Shown here: one piece after another, positions 30,536 to 38,300 of the stretch
Position numbering within the stretch: the stretch's first letter is position 1
How the letters are laid out: every line of letters begins with the position of its first letter
NCBI RefSeq assembly: GCF_004017535.1
Contig: NZ_SAJS01000016.1
Length of the DNA stretch: 64,000 bases
DNA from: Mesorhizobium sp.
Lineage (GTDB): Bacteria; Pseudomonadota; Alphaproteobacteria; Rhizobiales; Rhizobiaceae
Reading direction: 5' to 3' (one strand)
Notes under the pieces: generated by a model
The model's database searches: none
What the model saw: the letters and a program-made list of their open reading frames with translations, nothing else
Told to the model about the DNA's origin: nothing
Translations under genes and position numbers: made by a program

Positions 30536-31141
30536 ATGAAAATGACGAGGGGCAAGCTGTTGCTCTTGGCAATGGCGATGCAGCTTTCCGCCTGGGGCAC
30601 GGCAAGCGCGGGACCTGTTTTCATGCATACGGGTGGCCGCACCACCCAGCCGGTCGGTCACTATGATTTCTGTCAGCGCATTCCGGTCGAATGCAACGAG
30701 CGGACGCCGAAGGGGGCGCCGGTCGAGCTGACGCGCAAGCTGTGGACGACGATCATCAACATCAACAATTCGGTGAACGCCCGCGTCAAGCCGCGCACCG
30801 ACATGGAAATCTATGGTGTCGAGGAATACTGGGCCTATCCCGACAATGGCGTTGGCGATTGCGAGGACTACGCGCTGGAGAAGCGCCGCGAGCTGATGGC
30901 AGCGGGTGTCCCGGCCGGCAATCTGTTGATGACGGTGGTGCGCCAGCCGAATGGCGACGGCCATGCCGTGCTCACCGTGCGCACCAGCCTCGGCGAGTTC
31001 ATCCTCGACAATCTCGAGCCGAAAGTGCTCGCCTGGAACGATACGGTCTACACCTACCTCAAGCGTCAATCGACTGAGAATTCAGGCGTTTGGGTGACGA
31101 TCAACGACGGCCGCGAGGACGCGGTCGCCAGCGTCCGCTAA
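30536..31141 (+). CDS. periplasmic transglutaminase-like cysteine peptidase (BTLCP / LapG family)
   Basis: Signal peptide ...GTASA/GP. Catalytic Cys in GVGDCEDYALEKRREL, His in DGHAVLTV, Asp in ILDN. An AT-rich promoter region lies upstream. Confidence 0.85.
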   Translation: MKMTRGKLLLLAMAMQLSAWGTASAGPVFMHTGGRTTQPVGHYDFCQRIPVECNERTPKGAPVELTRKLWTTIININNSVNARVKPRTDMEIYGVEEYWAYPDNGVGDCEDYALEKRRELMAAGVPAGNLLMTVVRQPNGDGHAVLTVRTSLGEFILDNLEPKVLAWNDTVYTYLKRQSTENSGVWVTINDGREDAVASVR

Positions 31142-31197
31142 GGCGCCAGAGCGATCGGGCACGTCGCGGTGACACGGCGGCGTGCCCAGGAAGAAAG

Positions 31198-31241
31198 CCC
31201 GGTCGAGTCCCCACCCTCCCCGTCCCCAACGACCGGGTTTT
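31198..31241. other. hairpin whose 24-nt loop is a four-run C-tract (+) / G-quadruplex motif (-)
   Basis: Stem CCCGGTCG/CGACCGGG. Loop AGT-CCCC-A-CCC-T-CCCC-GT-CCCC-AA, followed by TTTT. Confidence 0.8.
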
Positions 31242-31242
31242 A

Positions 31243-31280
31243 GGAGCCGGCCCCTGTCCCCGGGGCCGGCTCCGCTGTTT
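31243..31280 (+). terminator. GC-rich hairpin / probable terminator after the BTLCP gene
   Basis: Perfect 12-bp stem GGAGCCGGCCCC/GGGGCCGGCTCC, loop TGTCCCC, then GCTGTTTC. Confidence 0.6.
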
Positions 31281-31396
31281 CGGGCCGGGGCCTCTTGAGG
31301 GCAAACGATCGGGGTTCAGCCGAGGGCCACAGGCCGGACCGGCCTTTCCGAGCGAGGCGCCGCCGCGTATGACGACCGGCGAAGCCACCGCCGCCG

Positions 31397-31924
31397 TCAC
31401 ACCGCCTTCAGCCCGGCCTTGAAGCGTTTGGCATTAGCCACATAATGCGCGGCCGAGGCGCGCAGCCGCTCGATCGCCGCTTCGTCCAGCGTCCTGATCA
31501 CCTTGGCGGGCGAGCCGACGATCAGCGAATTGTCGGGAAAAACCTTGTTTTCCGTCACCAGCGCGCCGGCGCCGACGAGCGAGTTGTTGCCGATCCTGGC
31601 GCCGTTCAGCACGATGGCGCCCATGCCGATCAAGCTGTTGTCGCCGACCGTGCAGCCATGCAGCAGAGCTCTATGACCGATCGTGCAGCCTTCGCCGATG
31701 GTCAGTGGAAAGCCCGGATCGGTGTGCATGATCGTATGTTCCTGCACATTGGTGTCGGCTCCGATCGTAATGAGCTCGCCATCGCCGCGGATGGCGACGC
31801 CGAACCAGAAGCCGACATTGCGGCCGATCCGGACATTGCCGATCAGCGTGGCATCGGGCGCGATCCAGTTCGTATCGGCGTCCTCGAACTCGGGCGCCTT
31901 CCCATCGATCGCATAGACCGGCAT
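31397..31924 (-). CDS. gamma-class carbonic anhydrase-family (hexapeptide repeat, PaaY/YrdA-like) protein
   Basis: Left-handed beta-helix repeats, NVQEHTIMHTD, GHRALLHGCTVG. Confidence 0.9.
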   Translation of the reverse strand: MPVYAIDGKAPEFEDADTNWIAPDATLIGNVRIGRNVGFWFGVAIRGDGELITIGADTNVQEHTIMHTDPGFPLTIGEGCTIGHRALLHGCTVGDNSLIGMGAIVLNGARIGNNSLVGAGALVTENKVFPDNSLIVGSPAKVIRTLDEAAIERLRASAAHYVANAKRFKAGLKAV

Positions 31925-31942
31925 CTTCGTCTCCGATTCGTC

Positions 31943-32287
31943 TCAACCAGCGAATTCGAAAGACCCTAAATTGGCGGTCGCCCAGGATGCAATGGCGATG
32001 AGCACGACGCCAAGCGCCAGCGCCCAGGCGATGGCCGTGCAGCCGCAGGACAACAGCGCCATCGTGCCGATGCGGCCTTCGCGGCGGGCCGTCAGGGCTT
32101 CATTGGTGAGCATGAACGGTCCGGCGCAGGCCGTTGCCGCGAGCGAGCGCAGGATATGGACGGGCGAAACATAGGGTTCGGCGAATGCCAGGGGTCGTCC
32201 GGAGAAAAGCTCCATGGCCGATCCGGACAGCCCGCAGGCCGTGATACCAACCGCAAACGCGTAAAGAACAAGCACAACGGCACCCAT
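31943..32287 (-). CDS. small integral membrane hypothetical protein
   Basis: 3-4 predicted TM segments. Lies 18 nt upstream of the gamma-CA gene. ORF trimmed to ATG 32287. Confidence 0.5.
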   Translation of the reverse strand: MGAVVLVLYAFAVGITACGLSGSAMELFSGRPLAFAEPYVSPVHILRSLAATACAGPFMLTNEALTARREGRIGTMALLSCGCTAIAWALALGVVLIAIASWATANLGSFEFAG

Positions 32288-32396
32288 GTTTACCAACCGT
32301 TTACCATCAAAACGCACAGTCGTGCCAACGCGCTGCAAGGGCCATGCCGCGCAGGCTGTGCCGCCGAAGGACAGGTGGGCGGATCGGGAGCTTCGA

Positions 32397-33125
32397 ATGA
32401 GACAGGCAAATGTCGCCGAGAGCCCGGACTTCGAGGTCGTCGATTCGACCCTGATGAAGCGGGTTTTCTATATTTTCGCGGCACTGGCGCTGCTTTCAGT
32501 GGCGATCAGCGTCGGCGGCAAATGGATCGGACGGTCGATCGCCATGGCCGGCTATTCGGATGACATCACGGTGCGCCAGATCGTCATGGGCAACAATCTG
32601 ATCAGCGTGCCGGCAAACTTCATCCGCTTCGACCAGGCCAGGCGCGACGGCATCGCCTCGCGGCTCGATCTCTATCTGCGCTATCCCGAGATGGACGGCT
32701 ACAGCGCGGCCGCGCGCGACGACTTCAACCACACGACGACCAGGAAGATCATCTTCCTGTCATTCGAGCCGCGCATGATGTCGCGCGACATGAGCGGCCG
32801 TTTCGCGCCGATCTACAGCGCCCTGATCGAAAAGCCCGGCACCCCCGGCCCGGGCGGCACGATGGTTTACGCTTTCAGCGAAAAATCAGGCTATCTCAAC
32901 GAGGTGCTGGCCGTCGCCGAGCGCTCCGGCAAGGATCCGTTCGTCGCCCGCTGCCTCAGCGGGCCGAGCGCGGAGGAATCGCTGGCGCCTTGCGAGCGCG
33001 ACATCCAGGTCGGCGACGATCTCAGCCTCACCTACCGCTTTCCGCGCGAGTTGCTGGCGAACTGGCCGGCGCTGGACGCGGCGATAGCCGGCAAGGTGGC
33101 GGGTATCCTGAAGACGGGACACTGA
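32397..33125 (+). CDS. membrane-anchored hypothetical protein
   Basis: ATG 32397 follows GGGAG. One N-terminal TM segment (VFYIFAALALLSVAISVGG). No family recognised. Confidence 0.55.
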   Translation: MRQANVAESPDFEVVDSTLMKRVFYIFAALALLSVAISVGGKWIGRSIAMAGYSDDITVRQIVMGNNLISVPANFIRFDQARRDGIASRLDLYLRYPEMDGYSAAARDDFNHTTTRKIIFLSFEPRMMSRDMSGRFAPIYSALIEKPGTPGPGGTMVYAFSEKSGYLNEVLAVAERSGKDPFVARCLSGPSAEESLAPCERDIQVGDDLSLTYRFPRELLANWPALDAAIAGKVAGILKTGH

Positions 33126-33205
33126 CGGCTGGCTCAACGCTTCTCCGCCTCGGGCGCCAAGACATTATCTGGCATCGCGCTGACAAGGCGCGCTAAAGAT
33201 CGACC

Positions 33206-34444
33206 ATGATGCCAGCCTATCTCGCCTTCGACCCGACCCGTCGCCGCCTGCGTCTCGACCCGCACGAGCCAGCCTTCGTGCAAAATCCTTATGAGGCCTA
33301 TGCCTTCCTGCATGGCACTGCCAACGCTTTCTTCTGGGAAGACTACGGCTTCTGGTGTTTTGGCGGCTTCGACGACGTCAACCGTCTTTTGCGCGACCGC
33401 CGTTTCGGCCGCCAGAACCCGGCCGGAATTCCCGACAGCCGCGGCATTGGCGACGACCGTTCGCATCTCGCGGCGTTCGACGCGATCGAGGCCAATTCTA
33501 TGTTGGAACTCGAGCCGCCGGTGCACACGCGGCTCAGAACGCTGGTAAACCGCGCCTTCGTCTCGCGCCAGGTCGAGCGGCTCAGGCCACGGATCGAGGC
33601 CTTGGCCAACGAGTTGGTAGACCGCTTCCAGCCAAACGGCGTCGACCTTTTGCCGGCCTACGCCTCGCCCTTGCCGATCACCATCATCGCCGAGATGCTC
33701 GGCGTGCCGGTCGAGATGGGGCCGCAACTGCTCGACTGGTCGCATCAGATGGTCGCCATGTACATGCATGGCCGCACAAGCGAGGTCGAGGACACAGCCA
33801 ACCGCGCCGCACGCGATTTTGCCGCGTTCCTGCGGGGCTATATCGCCGAGCGGCGCAAGAAGCCGGGCGACGATCTGCTGTCGCTGCTTATCGAGGCCCG
33901 GGACAACGGCCAGAGGCTGTCGGAGGACGAGCTGGTTTCCTCGGCGATCCTGCTTCTCAATGCCGGCCACGAGGCGACCGTGCACCAGACCGGCAATGCG
34001 GTGCGCTCGATCCTGGCCCAGGGCGGCGACCCGCGACGGTTCTTTGAAACGCCGGAGAAAAACGTCGCGACGGTCGAGGAATGCCTGCGCTACGACGCGC
34101 CGCTGCACATGTTCCTGCGCTATGCCTACGAGGAGATCGAAGTGTCACCAAGCATCGTGGTCAAGCCCGGCGAGATGGTCGCGCTTCTGCTCGGCATGGC
34201 CAATCACGATCCCCTGGCCTTTGCCGAGTCCAACACCTTCCATCCGGCCCGCGCGGACCAGAAGAACGTCTCCTTCGGGGCCGGCATCCATTTCTGCATC
34301 GGCGCGCCGCTGGCCAGGCTTGAGTTGCAGGTGTCGCTGAAGACGCTGTTCGACCGGTTGCCGAAGTTGCGTTTGGCCGAAGCGCCGCGCTTCCGCGACA
34401 CTTATCATTTCCACGGGCTGGAACGGGTTGCCGTTACCTTTTGA
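33206..34444 (+). CDS. cytochrome P450
   Basis: I-helix LLNAGHEAT, ExxR (ECLR), heme loop FGAGIHFCIGAPLA. Confidence 0.92.
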   Translation: MMPAYLAFDPTRRRLRLDPHEPAFVQNPYEAYAFLHGTANAFFWEDYGFWCFGGFDDVNRLLRDRRFGRQNPAGIPDSRGIGDDRSHLAAFDAIEANSMLELEPPVHTRLRTLVNRAFVSRQVERLRPRIEALANELVDRFQPNGVDLLPAYASPLPITIIAEMLGVPVEMGPQLLDWSHQMVAMYMHGRTSEVEDTANRAARDFAAFLRGYIAERRKKPGDDLLSLLIEARDNGQRLSEDELVSSAILLLNAGHEATVHQTGNAVRSILAQGGDPRRFFETPEKNVATVEECLRYDAPLHMFLRYAYEEIEVSPSIVVKPGEMVALLLGMANHDPLAFAESNTFHPARADQKNVSFGAGIHFCIGAPLARLELQVSLKTLFDRLPKLRLAEAPRFRDTYHFHGLERVAVTF

Positions 34445-34499
34445 TAGGTGAACCGAACCCTGCCTCGAGCAGCTAAAATCGTCGTTCGGGAACCTAGAC

Positions 34500-35207
34500 A
34501 TGAAATTCGCCTACCTGCAGGAACCACCCTTCTGCTTCACCGACGCATCGGGCTTGGTCGTCGGCTGCGACGTGGAGCTCGCCAAACGGATATGCCAGAT
34601 GCTCGGGCTGGGCGAGTTTTCTCCCGTCGAAGCCAAGTTCGCTGAACTGCTTCCCGGGCTGGTGGACAACCGATGGGACATGACGACGGGCCTGTTCATC
34701 TCGGACGAGCGCAAAAGGGTCGTGGAGTTTACGCGCCCGATCTGGTCGCTGCCTGACGGACTGATGGTGGCGAAGAATAATCCGTTGGGGCTGGAGGGCT
34801 ACCGCTCGCTTGCCCGGCACCCTTCAGCGGTACTTGCCGTGATATCGGACCAGGTTCAGCATCGAACCGCGTTGCAGAACGGCGTTCCGCCCAATCGGAT
34901 CAGGATATTTGCGACGCAGGCTCAGGCGGCGGAGGCCGTGGCGAAGGGTATGGCGCAGGCCTATGCCAGCGTCGCCATGGCGCATCGCGGCTACATTGCC
35001 CAGCGCCCCGACGAGCGGCTCGATGTCGTCGAGGTTCTCGCATCGGAGAAGCGGCCGGCCGCCGGCGCGTTCGCATTGGCCAAGGGCAATGCCGCGTTGC
35101 GCGAGCGGATAGATCGGTGCTTGAGCGATCTGCACGGAAGTCCGTGGCACCGGAAGATGATGAGCGAATATGGTTTTTCCGACGACGATGTCGACCGACT
35201 GTTGTGA
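34500..35207 (+). CDS. SBP_bac_3-type (amino-acid-binding-like) domain protein without a signal peptide
   Basis: Periplasmic-binding-protein family 3 pattern (GCDVELAKRICQMLG...NRWDMTTGLFISDERK). The N-terminus MKFAYLQEPPF has no hydrophobic leader. Confidence 0.7.
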   Translation: MKFAYLQEPPFCFTDASGLVVGCDVELAKRICQMLGLGEFSPVEAKFAELLPGLVDNRWDMTTGLFISDERKRVVEFTRPIWSLPDGLMVAKNNPLGLEGYRSLARHPSAVLAVISDQVQHRTALQNGVPPNRIRIFATQAQAAEAVAKGMAQAYASVAMAHRGYIAQRPDERLDVVEVLASEKRPAAGAFALAKGNAALRERIDRCLSDLHGSPWHRKMMSEYGFSDDDVDRLL

Positions 35208-35221
35208 GCCGGCCGAAACCG

Positions 35222-35566
35222 TCAAAGCTTGATCACATATTCCTTGCGCGTCGTCTCGAGCACTTCCCAGGTGCCCTTGAAGCCCGGCCTCAGCACGAAG
35301 CTGTCGCCGACCCGCACGGTGCGCGCCTCCCCGCCGTCCTCGGCGATCACTGAGACGCCGGACAGGATGTGGCAGAACTCCCATTCGTCGTAAGAGATGC
35401 GCCATTTGCCCGGCGTCGCTTCCCAGATCCCGGCATAGAGACCGCCGTCGCGCTCCTCGACATTCCAGGTGCGGAATTTCGGATCGCCCGAGATCACCCG
35501 GTCCGGGGCCGGCGCACCGGCCTCCGGCTCGACGGCTTCGACATTGACCGCAAGAAAGGCGGACAT
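35222..35566 (-). CDS. cupin_3 (DUF861) domain protein
   Basis: GIWEATPGKWRISYDEWEFCHILSG...GDSFVLRPGFKGTWEV. Lies 1 nt downstream of metY. Confidence 0.75.
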   Translation of the reverse strand: MSAFLAVNVEAVEPEAGAPAPDRVISGDPKFRTWNVEERDGGLYAGIWEATPGKWRISYDEWEFCHILSGVSVIAEDGGEARTVRVGDSFVLRPGFKGTWEVLETTRKEYVIKL

Positions 35567-35567
35567 C

Positions 35568-36848
35568 TCAGACCTTGCTCAGCGCCTGCTCAAGATCGGC
35601 GACGATGTCGTTGACGTCTTCGATGCCGATCGACAGCCGCACCGTATCCGGCCCGGCGCCGGCCTTGACCTTCTGCTCGTCGGAGAGCTGGCGGTGCGTG
35701 GTCGAGGCCGGATGGATGACCAGCGACTTGGTGTCGCCGACATTGGCGAGATGCGAGAACAGCTCCAGCGCCTCGACGAATTTGACGCCGGCCTCGTAGC
35801 CGCCCTTGAGGCCGAATGTGAAGACCGCGCCCGCGCCCTGCGGCGAATATTTCTTCTGCAACGCGTTGTTCTTGTCGCTGGGCAGTCCAGGATAATTCAC
35901 CCAGGCGACCTTGGGATGATTGGAGAGCCAGCCGGCGACGCTCGCGGCGTTGTCGCAATGGCGCTGCATCCTAAGCGGCAGCGTCTCCAGGCCGGTCAGG
36001 ATCAGGAAAGCATTGAAGGGCGAGATTGCCGGGCCGAGGTCGCGCAGGCCAAGCACGCGCGCGGCGATGGCGAAAGCGAAGTTGCCGAAGGTCTCGTGCA
36101 GGACCAGCCCGCCATATTCGGGCCGCGGCTCCGACAGCATCGGATATTTGCCGGATTTCGACCAGTCGAACGTGCCGCCGTCGACGATGACGCCGCCGAT
36201 CGAGTTGCCGTGACCGCCGATGAACTTTGTCAGCGAATGGACGACGATGTCGGCGCCGTGTTCGATCGGACGCACCAGATAGGGCGACGCCAGCGTGTTG
36301 TCGACGATCAACGGCAGGCCATGCTTGCGGGCAATGTCGCCGATCTTCTCAATGTCGACGAAAACGCCGCCCGGGTTGGCGAGGCTTTCGATGAAGATCG
36401 CCTTGGTCTTTTCGTCGATCTGGCTGTCGAAGGTCGCCGGATCATTCGCCTCGGCCCACCGAACTTCCCAGCCGAAGTTCTTGAAGGCGTGGCCGAACTG
36501 GTTGATCGAACCGCCATAGAGCTTGTTGGCGGCGATGAAATTGTCGCCCGGCTGCATCAGGTTGTGGAAGACGATTACCTGCGCAGCATGGCCGGAGGCG
36601 ACGGCAAGTGCGGCGGTGCCGCCTTCCAGCGCGGCGACGCGCTCCTCGAGCACCGCCTGCGTCGGGTTCATGATGCGGGTGTAGATATTGCCGAAGGCCT
36701 TCAGCCCAAACAGCGAAGCGGCATGGTCGGCATCGTCGAAGACAAAGGAGGTGGTCTGATAGATCGGCGTGGCCCTGGCGCCGGTCGCCGGATCGGGCTT
36801 GGCGCCGGCATGAACGGCCAAGGTGTTGAAACCGGGCGTACGGGTCAT
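35568..36848 (-). CDS. metY: O-acetylhomoserine aminocarboxypropyltransferase (sulfhydrylase)
   Basis: GARATPIYQTTSF...YTRIMNPT...HSLTKFIGGHG (PLP lysine). RBS AGGAGAGGAAG. Confidence 0.93.
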   Translation of the reverse strand: MTRTPGFNTLAVHAGAKPDPATGARATPIYQTTSFVFDDADHAASLFGLKAFGNIYTRIMNPTQAVLEERVAALEGGTAALAVASGHAAQVIVFHNLMQPGDNFIAANKLYGGSINQFGHAFKNFGWEVRWAEANDPATFDSQIDEKTKAIFIESLANPGGVFVDIEKIGDIARKHGLPLIVDNTLASPYLVRPIEHGADIVVHSLTKFIGGHGNSIGGVIVDGGTFDWSKSGKYPMLSEPRPEYGGLVLHETFGNFAFAIAARVLGLRDLGPAISPFNAFLILTGLETLPLRMQRHCDNAASVAGWLSNHPKVAWVNYPGLPSDKNNALQKKYSPQGAGAVFTFGLKGGYEAGVKFVEALELFSHLANVGDTKSLVIHPASTTHRQLSDEQKVKAGAGPDTVRLSIGIEDVNDIVADLEQALSKV

Positions 36849-37008
36849 CTAAATCTTCCTCTCCTGATCTTCGAAAAAACGCCGCGCATTCTTGGCGAAG
36901 CCCGGGTTGGAATGCAAAGAAGAAAATACCTTTCAGGGCGCGATCTGCGACGAACGCCCGAGAAAATCCGTTTCTTCCCGGAATAATTTTGCGCGCGCCG
37001 CCAGGCGC

Positions 37009-37530
37009 CTACTTCTGGCGCACGCCGAAGCTCTGAAACCCCTGGCGCATCAAGGGTTTCTTCGACGACAGAACGCCGGAGTTGACACCGGTCCAGCCGA
37101 TCTCGCCCGACAGCTTGCCATATTCGATCTTCGGGCAGCGGTTCATCACCACCTTGATGCCGGCCGCCTCGGCGCGGGCGGCGGCCTCGTCATGGCGCAC
37201 GCCAAGCTGCATCCAGACGACCTTGGGCAACGGGTCGAGCTTCAGCACCTGGTCGACGATTCCCGGCACCGCCGAGGAAGCGCGAAAGATGTCGATCATG
37301 TCGACCGGCTGTGGCAGGTCGGCCAGGCTGGCACAGACAGTGCGGCCCAGGATCTCCTTGCCGGCGTGGCCGGGGTTGATCGGGAACACCAAAAAGCCCT
37401 TGGCCAATAGATATTTCAACACGAAGTAGCTCGGCCGCACGTCGTTGGGCGACGCGCCGATCATGGCGATCGTCTTCACCGAGTTCAAAATGCCGGCGAT
37501 GTAGGCGTTGTCGTAGCTATCGTGATTCAT
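37009..37530 (-). CDS. CoA-binding (YccU-like, CoA_binding_2) protein
   Basis: ILNSVKTIAMIGASPNDVRPSYFVLKYLLAKGFLVFPINP. The ATG overlaps the upstream GNAT stop (ATGA). Confidence 0.85.
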   Translation of the reverse strand: MNHDSYDNAYIAGILNSVKTIAMIGASPNDVRPSYFVLKYLLAKGFLVFPINPGHAGKEILGRTVCASLADLPQPVDMIDIFRASSAVPGIVDQVLKLDPLPKVVWMQLGVRHDEAAARAEAAGIKVVMNRCPKIEYGKLSGEIGWTGVNSGVLSSKKPLMRQGFQSFGVRQK

Positions 37531-38300
37531 GCTGCGATGGTCTTCCTGCGGTAATGGTAGCGATAGAGTTCCCGGCTGAAGCCGAGCGAAGCGTAAAGCG
37601 CACGTGCGGGCGTGTTGTCGGCTACTACCTGCAGGCAGCCAGCCCCGGCACCTGCCCGCCGAGCCCAATCGATCAGCCCGCCGACCGTCCTGCGACCGAG
37701 CCCCTGCTGCCTGAATCTGGCGTCGGTTTCAACCGCCTCGACGACAAGCAACCCGTTGCGGATGACGCCGAAAGCAAACGCAACTACCTCTTCGGCGCGC
37801 TCGCACGACACGAAGGCTCTGTCGCCTGCAATAAGTCTCGTCATCTCGCGAAAGATGCGACGCTCGGCGTCATCATAGCCCCCTGCACGGAAGCGTGCCT
37901 CGAACCAGCGCTCGCTGAGTGTCCAGGAAACCGTCACGTCGTCATAGCTGCATCCCACCAGCGCATCGATGTCGGCATGGAGATGGATGGTCCCGCCTTC
38001 CCAACTGTAGCCGCGACGCTCAAGCTCGGGTTCCAGCTCCGCGGCGATATCGGGTATGCGAAACAGCGGAGCCTGACCGTGGCCGGCGTAGAAAGCTTCG
38101 GCAACGTCGATCACCCGCTCCGGCACGCCGCGTTTGCCCCGCAAGGGGTTGGCAGAATTGCTGCGCCGGATACGGCCGCCGGAGCGCCGCAGCACCCAGC
38201 CATCGGCAATGGTTTCGAGCGCCGATGGCCACGCCGAGCGGCACGCCTCTTCCATCCGCCAGTTGAGATCGTCCGACACCACGCGCCCACCGCTATTCAT
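37527..38300 (-). CDS. two-domain GNAT-family acetyltransferase
   Basis: The C-terminal GNAT core has FRQQGLGRRTV and ...ALYASLGF. The N-terminal half is GNAT-like. The start overlaps the ATPase stop by 8 nt (ATGAATAG). Confidence 0.75.
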   Translation of the reverse strand: MNSGGRVVSDDLNWRMEEACRSAWPSALETIADGWVLRRSGGRIRRSNSANPLRGKRGVPERVIDVAEAFYAGHGQAPLFRIPDIAAELEPELERRGYSWEGGTIHLHADIDALVGCSYDDVTVSWTLSERWFEARFRAGGYDDAERRIFREMTRLIAGDRAFVSCERAEEVVAFAFGVIRNGLLVVEAVETDARFRQQGLGRRTVGGLIDWARRAGAGAGCLQVVADNTPARALYASLGFSRELYRYHYRRKTIAA

